DNA of 64,000 bases from NCBI GenBank assembly GCA_030141605.1, contig JAQGDQ010000902.1, positions 1-64,000 of the forward strand. The letters are read 5' to 3'. The notes under the pieces are model-generated. The model saw nothing but the letters and a program-made list of their open reading frames with translations. It made no database searches and was not told where the DNA came from. The translations under genes were made by a program, and so were the position numbers. Shown piece by piece: positions 13,142-23,103 of this stretch (position 1 is the stretch's first letter; each line of letters opens with the position of its first letter). Source of the stretch: Tubiluchus corallicola. Taxonomy: Eukaryota > Animalia > Priapulida.

Positions 13142-16100
13142 TACCCATACTCACTTAGTACCCAAATTTTTAGCAAAACGAAGTATCTGTATTTGCATAA
13201 ACATGTATGTATTAATGCAAAGTAAGTGGTATAAAGAGGTTTGACTGTAGTAACATATATCTATCTCTACTGTGCACAATCACCATGGAAACAGAGAGAA
13301 CCAAATAAGTAGAATGCATACTAATGAATGCCATTAAAGCTTTTCTTTGGCAAATCAATAAATTTAATTGTCCCTAAAGAATCAATGGTGGTCAATGATG
13401 CAGAAATTAAAATTCCATGCAATACTGTGCAACTCTGACCTGTTTTCTTTCACTGAGCTGCTTCTTTAGTGACCCCAGCGAAAGTTTTCTTACAGCAAGC
13501 TGCTGCTTTAGTAGGCTGAGATGCATATGCAAATTCAGGTTTTGAGCTCTGTCTGATTATTTTCTTCCAAAAGCACAGAGCAAGATGGTTTTCTGTCAGA
13601 ATTATGCTATACACATGCAGTCTTCCTAAACTTTTGCTTCATAAAACTCAATAGCAATAAATTTATGTACAAGTGCCCTTTAATAATAACAAGGAAGTGT
13701 GATATTGCAAATGAAATTCAAGTAAAAGCAGCCCCGTGAAAGATAACCTCGAGGGCAATGCAGTCCCACTTTACAAATAAAGAAAAGCATAAAAGTAAAA
13801 AGTTCCAAATAAAGGCAGCCCTGGGAATTGAAAAAACTTTGTAATTGTGTTGAACCTATTTCAGGAAAAAAGTTTTTCTCAAAAGAAGCCTAACACTATG
13901 CATCAGAGATTTATTTTCCGTACACAAGAACCCGGATTCTTCAGATGGAGTTATAGACAGGTACCGTTAACGAGTATAACGACCACGACTGTCAGCACGG
14001 TGATGAATAGCGCAGCCTCCTCATTAATTAATGAGGTAATAAACGATGCGTGCAGATTTGTCCAGAACATTGTTGGCTTTTACCATTAGCAATCCTTGTA
14101 CGGAATTTATTTACTGTTAACAATAAGTTCAGTTCACACTACAGCAATAACAGTAGCAGCAGCATTAACAGCTAATTCAACAAAAACGGAATCAGATAAC
14201 AGTTTTTCTTTGATGTTCTGTACTTATTGCACTGTGCTTTTATTGTACATATGTACGTGTTTTTAAAAGTTTTACATTATATGAAAGTTAAAGTGTTTGT
14301 ACCCACGCACACAGCACTGTGTAATCATCTATCACAAGCAGCAAAAATCAATACTCTTCCATACAGAGTTAGCACCATTAGGGGCCATCCACATACAACA
14401 ATATCAAGTTTTCAGCTGATTTCCAGGGCTTACCTACCTTGCGTTATATGGCGTCGTCGTATGCCCCACCACCTACCTACCCCGTATCACAATGATATAG
14501 CTTTTTGTATATTTTATTCTCCCTCCTCCCACGGACAGGTAACAACATCTCTTGTATAATTAACGGGAAACCATCAGTGGATTCTACTGGTATTTTAAGT
14601 CAGACAATGATATCACGAGTAAATAAACCTATTTACCTAGCTTTACAATGATGTTATCACGTCACCTATCACCTATCTACCCTAAACTTGATATCGCTAG
14701 TATATGTGGATGGCCCCTCAGTCAAGGTATACTCTAGTTTAGTTTAAACATAGTTTATTTTGTTTAGATTAGACAAGTTTTAAAACTGATATATCAAGTG
14801 TATAAACAGGCGGAAGATAAGATTAGTCACGGTTTAGGAATTCGGAGTCAAGCTAACTGAAACAAACCCTGCTTTATATGGCAAAATTCAGACATGACCA
14901 TTGGGTAGCTGGATTTGTCCAAGTGGAACTTGTGAAAAGTTTGCTGTAAAGCTGCCATACCTTAACTTGTTCAAATTCCTTGTCTTCTACCATGATTTGA
15001 AATGGTGTGCACCGGACTCCACCCCTGCAAAAACATAATTTGCCAACTTAAATATATTTAAAAAATAATGAAATTACGTGTCAGCAAATAACATTAACAA
15101 AATTTCGTTTTTAACAAAGAAACATTACCGACAAGAAAAGTGTTTTCAGGTACTTTGGGCTACACAAAAGTAATTCGAATGTCGGTAAAAATGGCACAAG
15201 TAAAAATGGATGGTACACGAAAAAGTGTCATGGTAAAAAAGGCACAGGAAAAAGTGGCACAAAAGGAAAAGTAGGTAAAACTGGTACAGGAAAAAATAGA
15301 CAATGAAGATGGCATAGGAAAAAATGACACACTTAGTAAAATATTAGTTAAGGGTTAGAGTTACTATGGAGGACAATTATTTTAGTTATTTTTAGCTCTG
15401 CCAAGGAAGTTCTGCTTCAACACAGTTAGTTTGTTTGGTTTTTTGTTTACTTGTCTGTCATGGCAGTAAACCTCTTCTGCAAAACCTACCTAGCAGATTT
15501 CCACGAAACTTTGTGCCAAAGTGAGAATGCCAAATGGGTGCCAACGTACCAAAAATAAGGATTTTTTCTCGTTTTTTTTTCGCAAAGCTTCACCAAACAC
15601 AAAGTACAAATAACATTCGTGAAGCACTTCACCAAGGTCTTAGAGGGAGTGTTTAATACTTTTTTATCACCTCCACTTGGACATTTATTAATTATCAGAA
15701 GTACTTATCATTCTTTTAGTACTAAATCCTTCTGATATTTTTCCTGAATGTTGAAATAAGCCTAGGTACCCAGGAAGCTCGACCTTTCTTTTAAACTTAC
15801 GTAACAAAATGGTAACTGCCAGGCATGCGTAGCGTGCAAGAAAATTTTCCTGAGCGTTCCTTTTGACCGCTAGAAATTCCCCCCACAACTGGGACCAACT
15901 GCTCACCATCGTGGATAACCTGAGAAGAAAAACGAATAACAAATAGATAAATAGTCCAATTAAAAGCTTATTGGAGTATGTTGGAGTAAACACAAGATTA
16001 AGTCATTAAAACTTGAAATTGCTAGCTTGCAACACAATTTCTTCTAGGATGCTAAATGAATGTGTCCGTTGCATGTCACAAAGTGCTAAGATCATACTAT

Positions 16101-16643
16101 ATCGCGGTAAGTAAAGGCAGGCCTACAGGTACCTCAGACCATACTACAAGTCATGCACATAAAAAGGTAAGCACAAATTCTTATTTTCACAAGGGTGTCT
16201 CCCAAACAAACAAAATCAAACATTTTTTGCATCCAAATTTCGTTCAATAAATTTCGTTTTCGCCACATTTGCCGATTTTTGGAGTTCAGATATTTGACCT
16301 TTGACCTTGACTATCATCTTCTACCATCGTGATAATCCTAATCCAAATATGTCAAACATGTTTTATTAACTCACTTGCTGTATGTTGTGACCTGAGCAAC
16401 CCTCTTCCTCCTCCCAAGAAAAGTTAATCGTGTCGCCAATGGTAACCATGAGGCTTTGGACAGAGAAACCGCTCTTGGTAACCAGTACATGGATGCCATC
16501 CAGGGCACTAACTTTAGCTTCTAAAAAGGTAAATAATAATAAATAAAAATATTGCCTGATTTCCGATGTATTAGATATATTCATGCCACTCATCGAAAAA
16601 CCAAAAACAACATTTTCATTAATTATTACAGAGAAGGTAGTTG

Positions 16644-16699
<56 letters not shown>

Positions 16700-18243
16700 G
16701 AGCAGAAAAGAAAGAACATTACCTGGATTAAATGAAGTTTCAAATATTTAAGTTAAAATAAAATAAATATAAGACTGTCATATGCATTTTGCATTTATTA
16801 TTTATTATTAAAAACCACTGAAATTCTGCCATTAATTAATCTAACAGTTATTATAATGGACAATCGTAAATTATGCGTAAACTCAGCTAATGGTGTGAAT
16901 AGCAATTCTTTAATTCAAACAACATTAAAATATTTATGACCAAACACGATACAAATTATACCATATCATATTAAAATGGCAAACTTACATTCATCCGGGC
17001 GATACCAAAATTAAGTACAACCATCTGTGCAATGTAACAAGGCTTAACAGGTTACACCAATTTTTAAGTTGCATCGTTTCATAATTTTCAATAAAATATG
17101 TTGATCTCAAGAAATTCTTTACTCGATTTACTGCGCAATGATAAATATTCATGTACTGTCATGTATAATTTCACAGTACTTTGAAAAGAAAAATAAATCA
17201 TGGTTTAGACATATCATCCTCATCATCATCATCATTAAATTCTCATCCTATCTGTTGCAGTACCATTTACTAGCATAATCACACCAGTCCTATATGCAGC
17301 TGCTAACAGCATAAGCTTTCCTGGTCGTTAAACTAGATTTGGTTAAAGATGTTAAACAACTTTATTTGTCTTAGCTACCCAACTTGTTTTTTTTTTTGGC
17401 TTGCCACCTTATCTTTAAAAGTTTCCTTTGGGAGACTTCTATGCGTCTCTCACAAACGTGTCAGCAACATGTTTCGCTGTTGTACATAAATACGATGGTA
17501 AAATATGCACTAAGTATTGATTATAATTATAAGACTTAATTTCTTGCTATTTAATATATCTTGCGCTGAGGAAAAGCATGTATTGCTTGTTGATTTCTAT
17601 TCTGAATATATTCAGCGCATTTAGATCGCCTGCTACATTTTAGAAAGGCCTCTACTAAACAATACAAGAAATCTCCAAAGCGTTTTCTTCTATTTCATCT
17701 TTTTCATGCCCTTGCCCTTAACGCACGCGAGATGTACACTAAACAATTTTTATGACTATATCACGTATTACTTCTTTTTGTTAGTAACTATATAGCCGAG
17801 CGCAGTATGATAAAAAATAAAGCGTTTCAAAAGACTATATACGTTTAATTATGTAGCCCCTAAAAACAATGATTTATTTGTACAGAATACTGTATTAACG
17901 TAATGACTATGGTTGAATAAATACATTCATTAATTTCTGCAGAGTAAAAAGTAAAATTCTATTTGTACTGAGATTTTTTTATTAGTGATTCTCAACTCTA
18001 TGTAACCAAACAAAAAGTATAATATCTGATTTATAAATTAACTTCAACATAAATGTTGAACTTACGTATTTCACGTTGCCGTGCAGAGACCTTTGACAAA
18101 GCTGCACCAGATCTTGATGGCTTCCCTTGTGAAATCTTCCCTTGAGAAGAAACTCTTGAAGCTGGTCTGCTGGAGAATTTAGACTGTGATCCACGTACAT
18201 CTGTTACCGACACCTGTTTTGCATTCGATGAACTGTTACCCAT
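997..18243 (-). CDS. Mirror copy of the cupredoxin-like repeat gene, coding exons 1-9 (323 aa in window; continues off window or is truncated)
   Basis: Exons 18243-18066, 16520-16375, 15919-15801, 15024-14961, 10821-10664, 7061-7014, 4394-4308, 2624-2528, 1068-997. No differences from the + copy seen in exons or splice sites. Confidence 0.8.
2528..2624 (-). CDS. Mirror coding exon 8
   Basis: Reverse complement of 52100-52196. Confidence 0.82.
4308..4394 (-). CDS. Mirror coding exon 7
   Basis: Reverse complement of 50330-50416. Confidence 0.76.
4567..4975. repeat. 21-bp tandem repeat (cttatgtctgattgtgacaat)n, about 19 diverged copies
   Basis: Direct reading; explains ORFs 4542..4790 and 4643..4846. 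Confidence 0.92.
6688..7000. mobile_element. Diverged MITE, about 30-bp imperfect TIRs with TAA/TTA flanks (Harbinger-like); mirror 47724..48036
   Basis: gcaagcttagatcgacctgctacgcaac vs reverse complement of gttgcgtcaccaggtcaacttaagcctgc. Confidence 0.55.
7014..7061 (-). CDS. Mirror coding exon 6
   Basis: Reverse complement of 47663-47710. Confidence 0.73.
7639..8536. mobile_element. Foldback/MITE-like element with about 290-bp inverted repeats
   Basis: 7639-7932 is a diverged reverse complement of 8244-8536 (acttatgtaattagaaaag...cttttctaattacataagt); no clear TSD. Confidence 0.75.
8905..9084. repeat. 60-bp tandem repeat x3; mirror 45640..45819
   Basis: taagggaagacaatagtagcacatgtggttgagctaaaattgcggtcaaaaaatgatcaa repeated three times. 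Confidence 0.92.
10664..10821 (-). CDS. Mirror coding exon 5
   Basis: Reverse complement of 43903-44060. Confidence 0.84.
11908..12822. repeat. GC-rich minisatellite, 27-30-bp units organised into a 228-bp higher-order repeat
   Basis: Unit about ccc(ta/at)gctcaca(a)ctccctcagtggggtgt; ORF starts recur every 228 bp (11962, 12190, 12418, 12646). Confidence 0.93.
14381..14717. mobile_element. MITE with TIR GGGGCCATCCACATA (PIF/Harbinger-like)
   Basis: ggggccatccacata...tatgtggatggcccc with sub-terminal atatcaagttt/aaacttgatat; flanks tta/tca. Confidence 0.75.
14961..15024 (-). CDS. Mirror coding exon 4
   Basis: Reverse complement of 39691-39754. Confidence 0.76.
15182..15362. repeat. Degenerate 15-bp repeats (ggtaaaaatggcaca-like), probably TE-derived; mirror about 39353..39533
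   Basis: Repeated gg(t/a)aaaa(a/g)tgg(c/t)aca units ending in agggttagagtta. Confidence 0.55.
15801..15919 (-). CDS. Mirror coding exon 3
   Basis: Reverse complement of 38796-38914. Confidence 0.82.
16375..16520 (-). CDS. Mirror coding exon 2
   Basis: Reverse complement of 38195-38340. Confidence 0.82.
16650..16700. repeat. (GA)n microsatellite; mirror (TC)n about 38015..38065
   Basis: Direct reading. Confidence 0.95.
18066..18243 (-). CDS. Mirror coding exon 1
   Basis: Reverse complement of 36472-36649. Confidence 0.75.
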
Positions 18244-19135
18244 GATGATATTAGATTCTGCAAAATTAAGACAAAAGTTGCGTGGAACCACAACTTACTC
18301 TGTTTTTACAACATACAACACTAGTATCCACAATCGTTACGTGGCTTTCTCTCAAAGCACTCATCTATATTTTATGGTAACTTCACTAATATTTAATTTT
18401 AATACATTGCAAATGTGTAGGTTATACTCAAGTTACACATAAGCATTTATATCATATTATTTATTTTTAAGAAAATTTGTGTCCTGGATTTCTGATGCCA
18501 AGGAAAAATTTATCTGTTTTGTTTAAATAATAAAAGATCTAGAATAAGTGCAGTAAAATTAGGCCACTTCCTGCCTTCAGTTATTTGGCTAAACTTTTTC
18601 CATAATTTTGGTTTAATAAAATAATTATTAATTAATAAGTTTACTTTATTACACAATGCATTTGTTTTTTTTTCTATGTTCTATAATGTTCTATAATTAA
18701 GAATAAAAATTTTTCAGTACATGTACGCCATTATTACTTTAACAAGTTTTTCTCGTCTCTCATCACTAAATCACAAATCATAATTGGTAATACTTCTGTT
18801 CTTATCTTACCTGTCTAATTTGAATCTTTCAATAATTTGAAGTAAAACAGGTCATCATAGTAAACACATAAAGCAAAACTCATAACAGAAGTGCATCTTT
18901 TACTTCGACTACGTTCCGTTATTGACATTATTCCACTTGAGTCTAAACACTGATTGCTGTGTATTCGGCATTTTCTTATCACATAATCACTGCAGAATCA
19001 CATTAATTATTTAACTTGCTGCGTCCTCCGTTTCCAAGCAACAAATAAACACTTACATTCGGCCTCATGGTTAGGCGAAACCGTGTGCGCTGACTTTCTT
19101 ACGCATTGTCTGATGTTCACACCTTCCAGACAGAA

Positions 19136-19372
19136 ATCTCTCCCCCTCTCTTCCTCTCTCTCACACACACACTCTCTCTCTCGCTTCTCTCTTTCTCTCT
19201 TTTTCTCTCCATTCATCCGTTCATTCATTCACTCATCAGTGATTCATTCATTCATTCATCTATTCACTCATCATTCATTCATTTTTGTTCGTTCGTTCAT
19301 TCATTCATTCATTCATTAATTCATTCCTTTATTGATTCATTTATTTATTCCTTCATTCATTCGCTTATTCAC
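19136..19372. repeat. (CT)n/(CA)n/(TCAT)n low-complexity tract; mirror about 35335..35580
   Basis: Direct reading; 8 bp longer in the right arm. Confidence 0.9.
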
Positions 19373-20831
19373 TGTTTTTTTATTTAATTTTTTTATTTTT
19401 TTATTTTATGTCCATGTTTATTAACTGTTTAAAAACTCACACATTTAATGAATCTTTCATTTTATTCATTTCTGTCTTTTATTCTTGTTTGTTTGTTTTC
19501 TTCTTTTAGTCGTTCAGCATTTCTGTCTTTCTCTGTTTCTTTTCTTCTTATTTTCTTTCATACTAATAAATTGGAACAAACTGGAACCAGCTCGTCCAGC
19601 CTCTGCTTTTTTGACATTTCTACACCATGTGTAAGTGTAACTTGACCTGTTCAATACAGTGTGTGGAAATCTCAACTTACTAAATCGAAAGAACAGAAAA
19701 TAGCAAAACTTATAATAGTTTTTATCAATATGATCTAAAATAGTTTAAACTGCAGAGGCTTTTGGATAACAGGTGAAATTTAAAGGTAGAATTAGAATTA
19801 GTTTAATCAAAAGATGGATTCGGGCTCAACTGGGTTTATTATAATAGCCAAGCTGAACATCGGTAATAGGGACATGCAGGCTTCAGTTCAATGCAGTTGT
19901 TACATAATTTATAAAATCACCCATGTTCCTTTTGTCTTTCTTACATTATTTATTTTTTCATTCTTGTCCATCGTTTTTAATGATTATAAAAAATTCATGC
20001 CATTTCATCTGTTTATTTTTTTTATTTCGATAGTTTACCTTCTCTTCGGTAGATAGCGCCACCAGGTGCAAACTTATTGAGAACGTATAATCTACTGCGT
20101 AAATAGGACTCTGCATAGCGCACCAATACGAAAGCAACTACTATAGAGAACCTACTTTACTATTTTTGTTTACCTGTCTGTCAATTATATTTCTGATTTT
20201 AATCTATGATATGCCCTATGTTGCAAAATGTTTCTGCTCACAAACCAAAGCGGAAGACTTGTTCTCTCTCATTCAAGAAAATCGCAATAACCATGGTCTG
20301 GTGCTGTGCAGTAATCGCAATTTTTGTTTTAAATTCTTGTACTCAGAACATTTTTCCTGAAAAAAATGAATTAGCAAAAGCTACAAAACATTTTTTTGGA
20401 AAATTGTATTGCTTTAAGTCTGAATGATTTGCAAAGCCACGCATTTTACCGAATGCACTCGGTTGTAAATTTAATGTCATTTTGCTCAAAGAACTTTGTG
20501 TCTCACAATTTCACAAAGTATTTCAAAAGTGTGTTAACTCTGCATACCGGGCCGGATTATGATCTTTTGAGGCCCCTAGGCTAATGAAATTATGGACTCC
20601 CCTCAGATGGAATCATCCTCTAACTCACCTGCCACCCGTCTTGAATATTTTTTACTCCTCATATATTTCAGCGACATCTACACAGCTTGAAGTAAACTTA
20701 TTGCAAATTTTTCAAATAAAGTAGACTAGCCATCTTTTGTCTCTCAATAAAAATATTCTTCAAGAAATACCACTATTTTACTATTTATGGCAAACCAAAT
20801 TAGCACGTAATTATTTCAACACAACAGCAGT

Positions 20832-21167
20832 GAAATTATGCAAACATAGCTTTTGATTTTCAAATCACAGTAGCTACAAAAATGCATGTATGTCCATTAT
20901 TGCATGTAATATAATCATGCATGATGTCAATATATACAGGCAGGGTCAAATTATCTTATAGGCTAGTATAGGTTGCAGCCTAGGGCCCCTCAACCAGGGG
21001 GGTCTTCCGGTTTTGGTAAGGCCTGCTTGAGGGCCCCTAGGCTGCAGCCTATATTTTCTTGTGAATCATGTGGATATCATGCAATGCATAATTATGTTAG
21101 GTGCAATAATAGACGTACGTGTATTTTTGTAGCTGCTGTGATTTGAAATTCAAAAGCTATAATTTCA
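20832..21167. mobile_element. Nested inverted-repeat (MITE-like) element; mirror about 33540..33875
   Basis: atagcttttgattttcaaatcacagtagctacaaaaat... is inverted to ...atttttgtagctgctgtgatttgaaattcaaaagctat. These enclose a smaller IR, tataggttgcagcctagggcccctc / gagggcccctaggctgcagcctata. Confidence 0.6.
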
Positions 21168-21927
21168 GAACAGTTCACCTTTGTACTCGAGATAATATAT
21201 CCTTCCAATTGTTTAAGCAGTTAATTTTTAATATTTTTTGCCAACAACTTGTTTAAAATTTAGTTGATGTTGACCAGTTTTTTTAGGTATGCCAGCCACG
21301 TTTTCGTCTACTGTGGCTGTGTCTCAAACAACATGCACATGCGCAGTAAACGTCACACACGTGACGCCTCTGTCCAACTTTTAACTTATATACGAGATAA
21401 ATGTTTAATGATTCACTGTTTCTGTGTGTCAGCGGCAATTCCCCGTTTGTGCTGCGTGTAAGAAGACTGTGAGATTGACTGAAGCCGGAGAAAAGAAACA
21501 GCGAAAGGAGTACCACATCCACACGTGTGACTTAACGGGCTCCTCTTTCTAAGTTTGTGTGTGTCAGGGTTTTCAGTGAAGATAATTATTTTTGTGGTTA
21601 CTGACAGATGATTTGTGTTCATAGGATTCGATTAAAAGCTGTATCAGGTTAATTACATAGTGATGATTATAATATTATAGATCTAAGACATGCGTACGCT
21701 ATTGGAGCTTCTTTGGATTGTGGATTATAGTACGCATCATTGTCAATTATGTGCACCGAATTCTGATGATATTTGTCAACATTTTAACATTCATGGAGCA
21801 TATACGTTCTAGAGAAGTGAGTATTAACTTTTTTAATAGTTCGTTCGTTTATCTACTTTAGGTCGCTTGGTTAGCTCGGTAACACAGCTATATTTTTTGT
21901 CATTTTAACAAATTTCTTATCCACAAA

Positions 21928-22200
21928 CTAGAATGAGCTAGGGCAGAGAGCATTCAAAAGAGGTACAGGCCTACGCCATCACGTGAAATCACTATATATA
22001 TATATGTGCACAAAATGTATTTTTAGATTTTTTCACCTGTGACCTTCATCATTTTCTAACCGAAAAGCTACGGTTTCCAGGTCTTGTTCTGACACATCCG
22101 TGTGCTAACGTATTGATTATGCATGTAGCTTCATCAATTTTGATTTTATTGTGCTGGTAGACAGACAGACGGACGGACGGAAAAATGGAAATACGTTGTT
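21928..22200 (+). mobile_element. Degenerate interspersed repeat (Helentron/DINE-like non-autonomous type); mirror about 32507..32779
   Basis: aactaga... start, tgtgacctt motif and (CAGA)n(CGGA)n tract, a layout I recognise from invertebrate repeats; not verified by search. Confidence 0.35.
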
Positions 22201-22362
22201 TTATGTTCTGAACTCTTTTATCTTCTATGTCGGATTGAGATTTCAGTTTTGATAGGAACGATATGATAGAAAAACTGGCATAGTTCCGATATGATACAAA
22301 AACGAAAATAAGTAGATTATCCAACAACTTTGATTGTAATAGAAAAGAATGATTTCAGTAGC

Positions 22363-23103
22363 GATGCGGCTGAACTCATAACTCGGATCCCAACGTAAGT
22401 TCACAACCCTGATGTTGGTATAAGTAATAACAAGGCGGTTTATTAATAAAATATAATAAGTGTAGCATAATACAAGCGTGACAACTAGGATGATGTATTC
22501 TGCAGCCGCCACCGGATCGGGTGTGTGACTGATTCTTAAATACTTATCTGACGTCATACTTACGTCACGTGTTTTGGGAAGGGGTTCTCACTACAGTTCA
22601 TCACCCATTAAGTCACACACTTGTAATGAGGAGGATAATAATAATAATATTAACACTTTTACGTGACGGCATGACTTGATTCTCAATTATGCTCATTTAA
22701 CGGTTAACTTCAAGTTAACATGGTTTCATGCAATCGTAATAATTATATTACTGCTCATTCGCAAGTCTATCATATCTAGAACGGTTAAAACTCTCTCAAA
22801 ATTTCTTGGCTAAGCGATTACGTTTGATAAAATTATTCTGCTACGTTTGCATTTAATAAAATTCTTTTGCTAGTTCTTCTAATGCAGTGATGCGTGTGAA
22901 CTCATAACTCGGATCCCAACAAAAGTAACATAACCCTGATGTTGGCTTAGTAAGTAATAACAAAATATAATAAGCATAGCATGTATACAAGCGTGACAAG
23001 GATGATGCATTCTGCAGCCACCACCGGTTCGGGTGTGTGACTGATTCTGTATGTGCGTGACGTCATAGTTACGTCACGTCTTTTGGAAAGGGTTCCCACT
23101 ACA
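22363..23103. repeat. Diverged direct duplication of a 215-230-bp module (22363-22595 and 22889-23103) containing CRE sites; mirrors 32112-32344 and 31607-31821
   Basis: Shared blocks tgaactcataactcggatcccaac, aaccctgatgttgg, attctgcagcc.ccaccgg.tcgggtgtgtgactgattc, TGACGTCAta.TTACGTCACGT. Confidence 0.85.

Noticed and set aside
14019-14036. Perfect 18-bp palindrome CCTCATTAATTAATGAGG
   Set aside because: Isolated, with an AT-rich core, and probably inside a decayed repeat; no supporting context.
22488-22535. C/D snoRNA or hammerhead-like motifs (ATGATG...CTGA; CTGATG) in the duplicated module
   Set aside because: The C box is imperfect, the span is too short, and the hammerhead core (CUGANGA...GAAA) is absent.
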